Shown here: positions 18,342 to 30,000 of the stretch, one piece after another | Layout: each line of letters begins with the position of its first letter | How positions within the stretch are numbered: position 1 is the first letter of the stretch | Position numbers and translations under genes: made by a program | Source of the DNA: a virus | Lineage: Duplodnaviria; Caudoviricetes | IMG/VR virus record: IMGVR_UViG_3300014205_000004 | Span: 60,497-124,496 of that record | DNA: 64,000 bases | Strand: one strand, 5' to 3' | The notes under the pieces: model-generated | The model's database searches: none | What the model was told of the DNA's origin: nothing | The model's input: only the letters and a program-made list of their open reading frames with translations

Positions 18342-18719
18342 ATGTACCCGGATGGTCGCGGCATGTCGTTCGACACGGACGAGCAGACGTTCGTGTTCGA
18401 CATTGGCCGAGTGCGCCAGCCTGCGGCGAACCAGAAGTTCCGCGAGGAGACCGTCCTCGCAGGCGTCCGGGGCTCCATCTTCTCAGCCATCTTCACACGC
18501 AAGCAGGTAACGCCGGCTGGCCCTATCTCCGAAGCATCCTGGGTGGCGCACGTGCGTCTTCCCGTGACCTTCGAGCCACGCACCGGTGACCGAATCATCA
18601 ACGTCCGTGTCGCGCGCACAGGTCGTGCGGGCCGGTGGGAGACCCTCCGCATCGTGTTCGTCCAGCAGATGGGCGAGCGCGATTACCACCTGTGGCTCAA
18701 GGAAGACGTGGTCAAGTAA
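18342..18719 (+). CDS. putative head-closure/stopper protein
   Basis: Synteny; P.TGDRI motif; beta-rich 125 aa. Confidence 0.5.
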   Translation: MYPDGRGMSFDTDEQTFVFDIGRVRQPAANQKFREETVLAGVRGSIFSAIFTRKQVTPAGPISEASWVAHVRLPVTFEPRTGDRIINVRVARTGRAGRWETLRIVFVQQMGERDYHLWLKEDVVK

Positions 18720-19711
18720 TGAGGTACCTGAGTCAGAGCGAAGTGTTCGAGGTCGTGCGTTCTTCGATCGGCACGCTGCGGGCCCGCGGCCAAATCCCTC
18801 AGCTGATGGAGCAGGCGTTCTACAACCACGCCCAGACTCTCGTGCGTATCATGGAACCGGTTACCCCGTCCAGCGCTCGCGGCAAGTACGTCGTCAGGAA
18901 GCAGGGCAACGTGGCCGGCGCTGACGGACGTGCCATCAAAGGCAGGCAGGTAGCTGCCATCCAGATCATCAACACCGACCCTGCCTTCGGCACCTACCTC
19001 ACGGGTTCCGCAACCAAGAACGTCGAAAAACCGTCTGGACCGTACAAAATCTTCCCGAAGAAGTCTGGCGGATTCCTCAAGATCGGGGGCCCCAACATAT
19101 TCGCCCGCGGCGTCGCTGGCGAGGCCAGGACGCCCACGCGCCCGAGCTGGAGGCCGACCGACCTTTTCGCAGATCAGACAAAGAACAAGCGCGGTGTGCT
19201 CTCTGGCGGTGTACCTATTCGCGACGGCGAAGCCCTTGGTCCTGAGTCCGGTGTGTTTCGTTCCGTAACCAATATCACCTACGGCCGCGGAAAGATGAAC
19301 GTGCGGACAGGGAAGCAAGTCAAGTCCTTCAGGTTCAGCACCAGAAAGGGATCGTCAAAGACAGGCCGTCCGTTCTCGCCGGGCGACATGGTGGTCAGAT
19401 ACGTCTCGAAGCACCCTGGCCGGCTGCCGGCCTTTGCTCTCCGCGACATGATCCTGTCGTTCGGAGAGTTTGAAGCCGACGGGGGACTGCCGGGAGCCGT
19501 TCTCGAATCTTTGCAGAAGTACATGGAAGCCGGCGAGCCGCGCATGGTGATGCAGGAACACGTACCTGTCGGCAACAGACGTATGGACGTGCCTGGCTTT
19601 GAGCACCGATTCGCTGGCTATCGCCGCGCGGGCGGAACGTTCATGCCTCTCGTGGACGAAATGGTAATCGTCCTGCACGGGCGTCTCAAGATTGGAAGGA
19701 CCAGGAAGTAA
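18719..19711 (+). CDS. basic neck/tail-completion protein
   Basis: TAATG-coupled on both sides; very basic; position of HK97 gp10-like genes. Confidence 0.5.
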   Translation: MRYLSQSEVFEVVRSSIGTLRARGQIPQLMEQAFYNHAQTLVRIMEPVTPSSARGKYVVRKQGNVAGADGRAIKGRQVAAIQIINTDPAFGTYLTGSATKNVEKPSGPYKIFPKKSGGFLKIGGPNIFARGVAGEARTPTRPSWRPTDLFADQTKNKRGVLSGGVPIRDGEALGPESGVFRSVTNITYGRGKMNVRTGKQVKSFRFSTRKGSSKTGRPFSPGDMVVRYVSKHPGRLPAFALRDMILSFGEFEADGGLPGAVLESLQKYMEAGEPRMVMQEHVPVGNRRMDVPGFEHRFAGYRRAGGTFMPLVDEMVIVLHGRLKIGRTRK

Positions 19712-20235
19712 TGGCACGAGCATACATGAAGGTCGCAAACGACATCGCCAACCTGCTGAAGATCGCCCGCGTACCGTCAACTGGCGCGACATTGACGACG
19801 ACTTCTGGCGACGGGACGCTGACGTTCATCTCGACCCGGGTGTCTGAGTGGGAGACGATTTTGAATCAGCTTCCGTGCATCTACGTCGATATCGATGAGC
19901 AGGCAATCGAGTACATACCGACTGACCAAGGTTACTACCGATTGATTCCGGTACTCATCATGGTGTATATTCCTATACAGGACACTGAGCTCGACACCCC
20001 TGAGGAACGAGCCGATGAAGACGTCCGTGCTGATGAGGACGTGAAGACAATCTTCGAGCACATCGAAGAGATCATCAACGCCCACACCACGCAGAAGGCC
20101 ATCGCCAACACGACTCTCCAGTTGGTCAGCGGTGGCATCCCGTACGAGCCGTTCTACGGGAATGATGAGGCAACAGGCATCAGCGTCCGAGTAGCAATGC
20201 TCCAGCTGTCAGCCCTCCAACTCATCCTCCCTTAA
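19711..20235 (+). CDS. putative tail terminator
   Basis: Acidic; LPCIYV motif; directly upstream of the tail tube. Confidence 0.55.
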   Translation: MARAYMKVANDIANLLKIARVPSTGATLTTTSGDGTLTFISTRVSEWETILNQLPCIYVDIDEQAIEYIPTDQGYYRLIPVLIMVYIPIQDTELDTPEERADEDVRADEDVKTIFEHIEEIINAHTTQKAIANTTLQLVSGGIPYEPFYGNDEATGISVRVAMLQLSALQLILP

Positions 20236-20272
20236 GCCATGCACTCCTCATAGGGCGTTCCCACTGAAAACA

Positions 20273-20301
20273 GCCCACCGAGACACCCGGTGGGCATTTT
20301 T
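20273..20301 (+). terminator. terminator-like hairpin
   Basis: GCCCACCG...CGGTGGGC-ATTTTT. Confidence 0.55.
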
Positions 20302-20324
20302 CACGTTCCGGAGGAACACCCAAA

Positions 20325-21197
20325 ATGGCAAAAGACCCCTCTTCGGTAGCACGAGCGGGCGCGTTCAAGAAGACTCACGGCGGTCCTGGCCTGATCTTCC
20401 TGGGCGACTTCGGCACGACCTTCCCGGACCATCCGGACGACGTCATTGACTTCGCCGGCGGTGTCTCGCAGTTCACCCCCAAGGCGGGCTGGACGGCGCT
20501 CGGTATGACGAGCGGTGGCGTGACCGTCACCCGCGGCTTCGAGAAGGTCGACCGTATGGCCGACCAGACGTACGGCCCGTTCGACTTCCGCCCCACCCAG
20601 TGGACCACCCAGGTCTCCACCGAACTCGTGCAGACGGACCTCGCGGCCCTCAAGTACGCCTGGCACGGCAATGCGCCGGCTGTCACGGCGGCGGGTACGA
20701 ACAGCTTGATCGCCACGAACGCGGTTACCATCAACGACACCGTCATCGACGTCACGACCAGCGATGGTGCGGACTTCAGTGTCGGCGACATTCTCACCGT
20801 TGGCGAAGGTGCGTCGCAGGAGTACGTCAAGGTCCTCTCGAAGGTCTCGGACGCGCTTACCCTCACCACCGGCACGATCTACGCACACGCCATTGGCGAA
20901 CCGGTCCGCAGGCTCGAAGTGCAGGCTGCTGGCTTCGGCACGCGGCGCATCGTGGAGCCGCAGCTCGTGGCAATCATCTGCCCGCTCGTCGAAGAGACGG
21001 CCGGCGTGATTACGCAGGGCTACCGCATGTACGCCATCCGCAAGGCCAAGCTCGACGCCGGCCAGCGCGCCATCAACCACAGCAACACCCAGGACTGGAC
21101 CATCCCGATCAGCTTCATGGCCTTCCCGGACCTCGATGTCGCGGATATGGACAACGACACCATGACCGTCATCGACATGGTGGTGGCGACGCCCTAA
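20325..21197 (+). CDS. major tail (tube) protein
   Basis: GGAGG RBS; W..LG.T.GGV motif typical of siphoviral tube proteins; upstream of chaperone and tape measure. Confidence 0.75.
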   Translation: MAKDPSSVARAGAFKKTHGGPGLIFLGDFGTTFPDHPDDVIDFAGGVSQFTPKAGWTALGMTSGGVTVTRGFEKVDRMADQTYGPFDFRPTQWTTQVSTELVQTDLAALKYAWHGNAPAVTAAGTNSLIATNAVTINDTVIDVTTSDGADFSVGDILTVGEGASQEYVKVLSKVSDALTLTTGTIYAHAIGEPVRRLEVQAAGFGTRRIVEPQLVAIICPLVEETAGVITQGYRMYAIRKAKLDAGQRAINHSNTQDWTIPISFMAFPDLDVADMDNDTMTVIDMVVATP

Positions 21198-21267
21198 TCC
21201 CTAACGCTCGGGTGGGAGCACCAACGGACGGTGCTCCCACTCCATTCCCAACCAAGGAAACGGAAAC

Positions 21268-21753
21268 GTGTCAGAAGAGTTCCTCCCCGAACCCAGGCAG
21301 ATCGCCCTGGGTACTTCTTTGTTCGACGTGGTCCCTCAGCCGATCGCGCGCGTCAAGCGCTTCAAGGTCGCGTGGAGCCACGCCTTCGAAAACTTCAACC
21401 GCCTCGAAGCAGACTTCCGAGACTTGCGTGACACGGACGAGACCGTCGACTCCGACGTCATGTTCGACAAGATCGCTGATTTCGCTCTGGAGATTCCGTA
21501 CGAACTCCTCGAAATCGCCATCCCCGATCTCCCGAAGAGTCTGTTCGAAGACGAAGTCAACGGCGTCACGTTTCCTCAGGTCTACGCAGCCTTTGACGTG
21601 ATCCTCGAAGTCAACGACTTGGAGGTCCTCAAGAAGATCACCCCTTTATTCCGGGATATGATCCTGAGTATCGACCCACGACGCGAGAGGATGATCGCTT
21701 CACTGAGGACCGCCTCATCGCCCGAGCAGCCGTCAGAGCAAACCTCAGCCTAG
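21268..21753 (+). CDS. tail assembly chaperone (G-like)
   Basis: Between tail tube and tape measure; contains slippery C CCT TTA at 21642-21648. Confidence 0.75.
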   Translation: MSEEFLPEPRQIALGTSLFDVVPQPIARVKRFKVAWSHAFENFNRLEADFRDLRDTDETVDSDVMFDKIADFALEIPYELLEIAIPDLPKSLFEDEVNGVTFPQVYAAFDVILEVNDLEVLKKITPLFRDMILSIDPRRERMIASLRTASSPEQPSEQTSA

Positions 21754-22139
21754 AAGACATCCTGGACGACCGAAAAGGTCTGACACCGCGGCAACTCGTG
21801 GTCCTCTGCCAGGAGATCGACTACCAGGACGACATCAGTCTGGCAACACAGCTGCAAGCTGGCGCGATGAGCGTAACAGCCCTCGCCAGCGTCATGGCGA
21901 TGATCATGGGCGGGACGTCAGAAGGCGTCGACCCGATGAATCCAGTACACAACATGCTGGAGCTCGTCCAGACCCTACTTACAGGTGAGAAGAGTCAAGC
22001 CCAGCTAGAAGCTCAAGCGATGAGTGAACGGGAGAAAGAACTCCAGGCCGAACTTCTGGACCACCCGATGTTCCAGAAGTTCCGTGCGGGCCAGCGAGGA
22101 GAGAAGTACCCGTGGCATCTCGAATCTTCCAGCAAATAG
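21642..22139 (+). CDS. tail assembly chaperone -1 frameshift extension (GT-like)
   Basis: The -1 frame is open from the slippery heptamer through the 21798-22139 ORF. Confidence 0.75.
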   Translation, partial: PFIPGYDPEYRPTTREDDRFTEDRLIARAAVRANLSLEDILDDRKGLTPRQLVVLCQEIDYQDDISLATQLQAGAMSVTALASVMAMIMGGTSEGVDPMNPVHNMLELVQTLLTGEKSQAQLEAQAMSEREKELQAELLDHPMFQKFRAGQRGEKYPWHLESSSK

Positions 22140-25100
22140 TCATTGCCCTTACCGGGGAGACGGACGACCTCGAAGGGAAAATGGAAGCGGTCGACAAGCG
22201 CCTTGCGGCGCTGTCGTCCCGCGCCGCTGCACGGGAAAAGCAGTACCAGGACCAGCTCACCGCTCTCGCAAACAAGCGTCTCGACCTTGAAGCAAAGAGG
22301 GCCCGCCTGGAGAAGGCCGACATCGCGCAGATGGCGCACTCGGCCGACCAGCGCATCAAGACCAACAACAAGATCGCCCAGACCGAAAGCCGCATCAACG
22401 AGCTGATCGCCAAGCGTACCGAGCTTGACATGCGTGCCACGGATGCACGCAATAACAGTGCCCGCAAGCAGACGAAAATAGACGGCACCTCGCGTAACCT
22501 CGCCGCCAAAGGCGAGGTCCTCGAAACCCGGAAGGTCAAGCTCGACTTTGACCTCGAAAAGGCTGGCCGCGAGGTCGACAGGCTCTTCGATCGTGTTGAA
22601 GCAAACTTTATCAGGATGCGTGGCGCGCTCGACCGTGACAAAGGGCAGTCTGCTTCCGCCTTCCTCGCCTTCGACAAGGCGGATAAGGCTGCCGAAGCAG
22701 TCGAGGAGCTAGTTGAAGGCACTGAACGCTACAAGAAGGTCCTCGCCAGCATCAATGCGATGCCAGATGAGGACAAGCGGAATGCAGCCCTCTCCAGGTG
22801 GTCAGAGATTGCTGAGAAGGCCACGCGCATCCAGATTGCCCGCAATGCTGCCTTGGACAAATGGACGGCTTCGAACGACGCCGTAACGATCGCCGAAAAG
22901 GCGCTGGCGGATGCGGAAGCTGCTCGCAGTAAGCAAGGGCAGCAGCGCACCGACGCACAAATCCGTGCGGAGCAGATGCTGCTCAACCTCGTCAAAGAGG
23001 AAGTCAACATCGGTATGCGGGCGACCGAGATCGAAGTCGCTGGGGAACGGGCACGGCAGAACAAGCTAAGCGCTCTCGCACTCGAAGCTCGGCAGCTGCG
23101 GGACATTGCCGCTGCCCGTCAGCGCGTCGACGACCTGCTCTCCGCTCGCAGAGGAGACAAAGCCGCTTATCAGTCTGGCCTCAACAACATCGATGCTAAA
23201 GACGTCAAAGCAGCGACTGAGTACAACGAAGCCATCGCAAAGCTGGATCGCGAGATTGCCACGCTCATCCCTCAGGCCGATCGCCTGGAGGCTGAGTACA
23301 AAGCAGCGATGGACGCTATCGCCCACCACACCAAGCTGGCAGAGAACGAGTTCGACAAGTTCAACAAGAAAGCCGGTAAGGCGTCCGGCGATAGTGCATT
23401 CGCTGGTGGTGTGAAGAAGGGAACCAGCCAGGCTTTCGAGCGCGTCTTTGGCGTACCGTTCAGCACCCTCAAAGACGTAATCACGAGCCCGGCCAAGCTG
23501 CTTGCCGGGCTTGGAGCCGGTATTGGCTTCATGGGGACCGGGCTGATCTTCAAGATGTTCACAGCCCCGTTCAAACTAGCGACTCTTGCCGCGGGATCCT
23601 TCTTCAAGGTCATGAACTCTGGCGTTGGCCAGATGAAGCAGTGGATTGGCCAGGCGCACGCATGGAACATGGAGATTCTCCAGTTCAGCGTGCAGACGGG
23701 CGTCGCAGTGAAAGACGCCTCCGAGTTCGTCTCGGTCTTCAAGGTCCTCGGACTGAACACGATGTTCACGTCCATCGGTATCGGTGGTCTCTCGAAGGAG
23801 ATTGCGGCCAACAACAAGTACCTGACGTCCATGGGTATCGCCACGCGCGACGCCAACGGTGCTCTGCGCTCTACTGCGGACGTCATCAAGGACCTCCGGA
23901 CTCAGTACCACAGCCTGAACGAAGAGGGTAAGCGCGGCTTCCTCTCAAACATCAACAACGTCCTCCCGTTCGCATCCACGCTCCTCCCGATGATCACGAT
24001 GGACCCGAAGATCATCGACAGTCTCCGGGAGATGAACGTCATCCTGGATGAAACAGAGCAGCGCGACATGAACCGTGTCAGCGCATCCATTTCTGCCCTG
24101 CAGATGACAGGCCAGGGCCTGGCGAACACGTTCGCCACGGCGGTCTCGCCGGCTATCTCCGACTTCGCGAACATCATCATTGACCTCGTCCAGCGTCACA
24201 TGGGCAGCATCCAGAACTTCTTCCGGATGATCTCCGACAACGTCCAGGACCTGCTCTTCATGCTTGGCCTGTTTGACCAGATGACCGATCGCATCGGCGG
24301 GTTCTCGGATGCGATGACGTTGGGCGCTGAGAGCGGCGCGGGCATGATGGACCCGTACGCCGAGAGCATCAATCAGACCGACGCGGCCCTCAAGACGCTC
24401 CGCGAAAGCGTCGACGACACCAATGCGTTGATGGAGGACCAGCAGGACATCGTTGATGAACTCCGTGACTCGATGGAAGGTGAGCTCGAAGTCATCAACG
24501 ACCTCAAAGAAGGCGTGAAGGATGCGCTCGAAGCGCAGATGAAGCCTCTCGAAGACAGCATCAAGCTGCTCGAAGAGCGCAAGGAGAAGTGGGAAGAAGA
24601 CAAGGAAGCGGCTAGCCGGGCGATCGACGCTGAGATTGGTCTCCTGGAACTCCAGAACCAGATCATCGAGCGCAACATGCAGAACGCCACGCGTCCGCTG
24701 CGCTCACGCCTGACGAGTCTCAACCAGCAGAAAGATGCCCTGGACAAGGACAACGGCACCAAGGCGCTCAAGGACCAGATCGACGCAATCAAGAAGGCGA
24801 GCGAGGCGACCGACCGCGCGCTGCGCAACTCTTCGAAGGGCGCGAAGGACGCGCTGCAGGCGCAGATCAAAGCCATTCAGCGCGCGCAGGACGAGTACGA
24901 GCGCGGCCTGGAAGACCAGAAGAAGCTGCTCGAAGACCAAATCACTGCAATCGAAGCCGTCAGTGACGCAGCCGAAGCCGCGGCCAAAGAGCAGGAGTAC
25001 TGGGACCGGCGCGCCTACCTCATGGGGCAGAGCCTCCTCGCACAGGCGGAAGCTCGGGCCCGCGCGCTGAACGACCGTCAGTCGCGTAGCCGGCAGGACG

Positions 25101-27058
25101 GCGAGTCCGACATCGACTACCAGCTGCGTATGATGCAGCTGAGCGAAGCGAACAACATCGACAACCTGCAGCGCCAGGAAGAACTCGCCGGCCTTGAGCG
25201 CCAGCGTAGCCTCGACCTGTTGAACGCTGCTCGCGAAGCTCAGATCAACCTCATCAAGGACGAGATTGACGAGATTGAGCGCCTCGCTGACCTCCGCAAG
25301 GCGGCAGACGATGCTGCCATCGATGCTATCCAGCAACAGATTGATCTCATCGAGCAGCGCGAGCAGGCTGCGTCAGATGCGGCCGCGGCGCGCAAGGAAG
25401 CCGAAGACGACGCGATTGCTGCGCTCGAAGCGCAGATCGACGCCATCGAGGAAATCTCCGACGCGCAGCAGCAGGCTATTGAAGACCAGATCACTGCAGT
25501 CGAGGACCAGATTGAGGCAGCTGAGAACGCCGCCGAGGCACAGGTCGACGCGAACGAAGCAGTCCTGGAGTCCTGGAAGCGCCTGAAGCAGGCCAAGGAA
25601 GACTACTACACGTACTACGCCGGCAACCCTGAAGCGGAGGGCCTGGCCAACCAGAAGATTGCGAAAGAGCAGGAACTGCTCGAAGTCAACAAGCAGATCG
25701 CTGCGGGTGTTGCCGGTGGGTCCGATGTCGAGTCCCTGCGCAGCCGCGCCAACTCCATCGCGAACGAAATCGCGGCTCTCGAAGCGCGCCTCATCACGAT
25801 GCAGTCCGGTGGGGTTGTTGGGGGCACGTCGCTCATCGACAAGCAGATCGACGACATCAACAAGATCAAGGACGCACAGAAGGAGGCCGCGGACCTTCGC
25901 CTAGAACAGCTGGACGATGAGGCCGAGAAGATTCGCGACATCTACGAGCCGCAAATCGAAGCCATCCAGGAGATCATCGAGGGCTACCAGGACCAGACCA
26001 AGGAGATCCAGGCCAAGATCAAGGAAATGGAGCGCGAGAAGGCGTATGCGGAAGAACTCCGCGTGGCCGAGAGCGCGCGCATCCAGAACACGAAGAAAGA
26101 ACTCGGTGAGCTCGAAGAGTCTCTCCGTAAGGCGAACACCATCGGTGGCCGGCTCGGCACGACGCTGCGCCACATCTTCATCGACCCGTTCTCGTCTCCA
26201 AAGCAGCGGGCCCTGGAAGACGCCGAGTCGGACTATCGCATTGCTAACCAGGGCAACCCCGACGCTGTGCCGTTCAGCCAGTCGCCTGTGGCCATGATCA
26301 TCCAGAACAACCCGTTCCTGAGTGACGAAAAGCCCAGCCTCGGTAAGGCGATCGGTGAGATGCTCGACCGCTCCTGGTACGAGATCAAGCCGTACATGGA
26401 GAAGTTCGGCGAGCTTATGGGTCAGGCCATCATCAAGGGGATGGGTATGGCCCTCAGCTCTGGCGGTAAGGCCTTGCTGGGCAAGTTCGACCCGACTGAC
26501 AAGAACTCGTGGTGGTACCGCTTCCCCGGTACAGCGAACAACGACTCTTGGATGGATGCCATCTTCGGTGGCGTTACGAATTACTCCGCCCCGTCTAGGC
26601 TCTTCGCCGGCCTGGCTGGCGTAATGGCCGGCAACGCTAAGGGCGACTTCGTCAGCACACCGACAATGTCGATGCTCGCGGAAGGTGGCTTCCCTGAAGC
26701 CGTCATCTCGACCGACCCGAAGTACGCCAACCGGTCACGCGCCATCCTCAGGACCTTCTTCGCGAAGGCCAACGAGACAGGGGCCACTCCCGGTATTCTG
26801 GGTATGGACAAGAGCATCTCCGGGCTTCACGGAAGCGGCCGGTCCGTAGCAGGTATTGATGCGCGCATGGGTGGCTCTCTCGCAGCGCTAGGAGCCACGA
26901 CAGGCGGAGACACGTACAACTTCTCGGTCGGCGACATCTACGCGAATACGAAAGAGGACAGCGAAGCGATCAGCCAGGCGATTACTGGCGAGTTCCGCAA
27001 GTTCATCGATTCGTTGCCGGCTCACGCGAAGGCAATGGAATTGCAGAAGGTGCGGTAA
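22112..27058 (+). CDS. tape measure protein
   Basis: 1648 aa; long helical/coiled-coil regions; hydrophobic central segment; C-terminal PT..M.AEGG.PEAVI motif; synteny. Confidence 0.9.
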   Translation: MASRIFQQIVIALTGETDDLEGKMEAVDKRLAALSSRAAAREKQYQDQLTALANKRLDLEAKRARLEKADIAQMAHSADQRIKTNNKIAQTESRINELIAKRTELDMRATDARNNSARKQTKIDGTSRNLAAKGEVLETRKVKLDFDLEKAGREVDRLFDRVEANFIRMRGALDRDKGQSASAFLAFDKADKAAEAVEELVEGTERYKKVLASINAMPDEDKRNAALSRWSEIAEKATRIQIARNAALDKWTASNDAVTIAEKALADAEAARSKQGQQRTDAQIRAEQMLLNLVKEEVNIGMRATEIEVAGERARQNKLSALALEARQLRDIAAARQRVDDLLSARRGDKAAYQSGLNNIDAKDVKAATEYNEAIAKLDREIATLIPQADRLEAEYKAAMDAIAHHTKLAENEFDKFNKKAGKASGDSAFAGGVKKGTSQAFERVFGVPFSTLKDVITSPAKLLAGLGAGIGFMGTGLIFKMFTAPFKLATLAAGSFFKVMNSGVGQMKQWIGQAHAWNMEILQFSVQTGVAVKDASEFVSVFKVLGLNTMFTSIGIGGLSKEIAANNKYLTSMGIATRDANGALRSTADVIKDLRTQYHSLNEEGKRGFLSNINNVLPFASTLLPMITMDPKIIDSLREMNVILDETEQRDMNRVSASISALQMTGQGLANTFATAVSPAISDFANIIIDLVQRHMGSIQNFFRMISDNVQDLLFMLGLFDQMTDRIGGFSDAMTLGAESGAGMMDPYAESINQTDAALKTLRESVDDTNALMEDQQDIVDELRDSMEGELEVINDLKEGVKDALEAQMKPLEDSIKLLEERKEKWEEDKEAASRAIDAEIGLLELQNQIIERNMQNATRPLRSRLTSLNQQKDALDKDNGTKALKDQIDAIKKASEATDRALRNSSKGAKDALQAQIKAIQRAQDEYERGLEDQKKLLEDQITAIEAVSDAAEAAAKEQEYWDRRAYLMGQSLLAQAEARARALNDRQSRSRQDGESDIDYQLRMMQLSEANNIDNLQRQEELAGLERQRSLDLLNAAREAQINLIKDEIDEIERLADLRKAADDAAIDAIQQQIDLIEQREQAASDAAAARKEAEDDAIAALEAQIDAIEEISDAQQQAIEDQITAVEDQIEAAENAAEAQVDANEAVLESWKRLKQAKEDYYTYYAGNPEAEGLANQKIAKEQELLEVNKQIAAGVAGGSDVESLRSRANSIANEIAALEARLITMQSGGVVGGTSLIDKQIDDINKIKDAQKEAADLRLEQLDDEAEKIRDIYEPQIEAIQEIIEGYQDQTKEIQAKIKEMEREKAYAEELRVAESARIQNTKKELGELEESLRKANTIGGRLGTTLRHIFIDPFSSPKQRALEDAESDYRIANQGNPDAVPFSQSPVAMIIQNNPFLSDEKPSLGKAIGEMLDRSWYEIKPYMEKFGELMGQAIIKGMGMALSSGGKALLGKFDPTDKNSWWYRFPGTANNDSWMDAIFGGVTNYSAPSRLFAGLAGVMAGNAKGDFVSTPTMSMLAEGGFPEAVISTDPKYANRSRAILRTFFAKANETGATPGILGMDKSISGLHGSGRSVAGIDARMGGSLAALGATTGGDTYNFSVGDIYANTKEDSEAISQAITGEFRKFIDSLPAHAKAMELQKVR

Positions 27059-30000
27059 ATGACGATCAACGCTCCTACAGTGTCCGCACCAACCGGAAGC
27101 ATTCACCTGCGTCCGGGCACGGGCTTCTGGTTCAACATCACTCCGAACCACACCGGTGCTGAGCAGCTGAACGGTGTGGAGCTCATGATTGCGTCCACGG
27201 ACGGCAGCGTGCGCTACACGCCGCAGGTCAGCCCGTTCTATCGGACCGACCTCGCGCTTGACTACACCCAGCCGTACAGCGCCCTGGTCACTCTGCCAAG
27301 CACCATCCCGCAGAACGTGAACCTCAAGGCGTGGGCGCGCACGTACAGCGGTGGCGTGTGGGGCCCGTGGGGCGTGGCGTCAACCGCGCTGAACAGCTCG
27401 AACACCAACCCGAGCATGACCCCGTCCTACCCGATCGGGACCATCAACGTTACCGGATCGTCGTACTACTCGCCGTTCCTGGTCACTGTGTCGGACGCGG
27501 ACAGCGACAGCATCGCGTACTACCAGCTGACGGTTACCGGCACCGGACTGAGCTACGACTCAGGCAAGCTCGCAGTCACCCAGGCCGCGGGCGGTTCAAT
27601 CACCCTGAACGGTCCTGCGAACCTGACTGCCGGCGTGACCTACACCTGGCAGGTGCGCTTCTGGGACAACGCCCACAACGCCGCCACTGACGCCGACCCG
27701 TCGTACTCGGCCAGCCAGAACTTCACTGGCACCTTCTCCGTCCCTCCGGGCGGCGGTGGTGGGGGCGATACGATCCCCTACCTCGACAACTCCTACACGG
27801 TGTCCCCGCAGGGACAGCAGTCCGCTTCGTCCACGACCTGGACCACGGAGTTTGCGTCGCGCTGGCTGGACAACACGTCCATCACTGCCTACCAGATTCA
27901 GCTGTACCGGATCCCGATGGACCAGCTGCCGCTGCTCGCGACGAATCCCGGTCTCGTCACTCCTGAGCTCATCTGGGACTCTGGACAGACCGAACGCGCA
28001 GTCGCGTCTGGCGTGGCCTTCACTGTGGCCAGCCCTCAGCTTGCGCTGAACTTCCACTACCGGTGGCGCATGTCTGTCTGGGACACGAACGGTAACCAGT
28101 CCGCATGGACCGACCCGTACGAGTTCTGGGCTACGACCTCGGTCTCCGAGAACTCCGCCCCGAACGTCACCATCACCAATCCGGTAGGCAACCAAGCGGT
28201 TTACGGACCGCTCGCGCTGAACGGCTCGTTCTCGGACAACTACACGCTCCTGAACACCTTCACCCACTACCAGGTGGAGGTGCGCCGGTACGACAACCAA
28301 GCCATCATGTGGCGCACGATCCTCATCCGGACGCTCAACGTCGAGCGCCAGTACAAGAACTTCGGGATCGTCTACGGCTCGCTCCGCGGTGATGCTGGAG
28401 GAGGCTACTCTAGTGCCCTCGCCCTGTCCTCGGGCGTGCGCTACGAGTGGCGCGCGCAGGTGTTTGACGACGGTGGTCTTGGTAGCGGTTGGTCGGCCTG
28501 GGAGAGCTTCACGCTCCAGCCTTCCGCCCCGAACGCGCCTACCTCGCTGACCCCGTCCGGGTTGGTCGGTACGCTCACGCCGACGTTCGGGGGCAACTAC
28601 TCGAACAGCGGCGCAGGCGCGGCCGCGAGCGTGCAGATTCTGCTCTACGCGGCTGACCAGACGACCCTGGTCTGGGACTCCGGCCTGCGCACGGCTACAG
28701 GCACGAGCGGCACTCCGTGGTCCGTCCTCTATGACGGTACGGCGCTCACGCCAGGACAGGTCCTCTACTGGAAGGCCCGCAACCGAGACGAGTTCGGCTT
28801 GTACGGGCCGTACTCTGCGTTCGTCAACATCTCCATCCAGTCGACTCCGAACGCGCCCACGAATCTCACCCCGTCGACGACGAGCTTCGCCGTCATCCCG
28901 AACGACAACATCACGTTCGCCGGCGACCACTTCGCCGTCTCTGGCAGCGGCATGAACGCCTGCGAGGTCATCGTCTATCAGTCCGATGGCACCACGCAGG
29001 TCTGGACGTCTGGCACGTACACAGGTGTGTCCGGTACTCGCTTCAAGGTCCCGTACACGGGCCCGGCGCTGTCCCAGGGCCAAACGATTCTCTGGAAGGC
29101 CAGGACACGCGCGACCGATACCAGTTTCTGGGGCCCGTTCTCCGCGCTCCAGACGGCGATCCTCAACCGCGTGCCACAGACGCCTAACTCACTGGCTCCC
29201 AGCGGCACCAACGTCTCGACGCTCACGCCAACGCTGACCTGGACGACGCAGATGGGCGACAGCTACCAGCACACCGCTGGTGCTGTTGACGGCCGGCGTG
29301 CCGCATTCCACATCATCGATGTCATCGACCAGGCCACCGGCACGAGCTTCGGCGGCTATCCGCTCAACACCGCGGCGCTCTATCACGACTTCCAGACGGC
29401 GCTCTCCGGCTGGACGACGTCGGGCGGCACATGGTTGGCCGCCGACGGTTACCTCACGGTGACCGTCTCCGCGGCGCACGCTCACCTGTACCGCGACGCG
29501 TTGATTGAAGATGCTTGGGTGGGGGCCTTCGTCAAGTACGACGCAGCAGCCCGCTCCGGCCTGTTGCTCCGGCGGTCTGCAGCTAACGCGTGGGTCGCTG
29601 TCGTTTACGACGCCGGAACGGTGAAGCTCATCAAGAACGTGGCGGGCACGGTCTCGACCATTCAGTCCGCCAACGTGGACATCACCACCGGTCAGCGTCA
29701 CCACCTGGGCGTGTCGATGTCGGGGTCGAACTACGAAGTCTTCCTCGATGGTGTCTCGCTCTTCTCTGCGACCGATGCACACAACTCCACCCAGACCGAC
29801 CACGGCCTGTACGCAAACAGCACCATCGCGACCAACTTCGATGAGTTTGTCGTGGCCGCGGCCAGCGCGGAGACCGCGTCGCACACGACGTCAACTCTGA
29901 CGGCCAACAAGCAGTACGTGTGGACCGTGAAGTCGCACGACGGCTACGGGCTGGGTGTTGCGAGCACGCCCGCGTCCTTCTCTACGAACTCCGCGCCGAC

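Noticed and set aside
17377-22139. Contractile tail (myovirus) interpretation
   Set aside because: No sheath or baseplate wedge genes; the tube-chaperone-long tape measure order fits a siphovirus.
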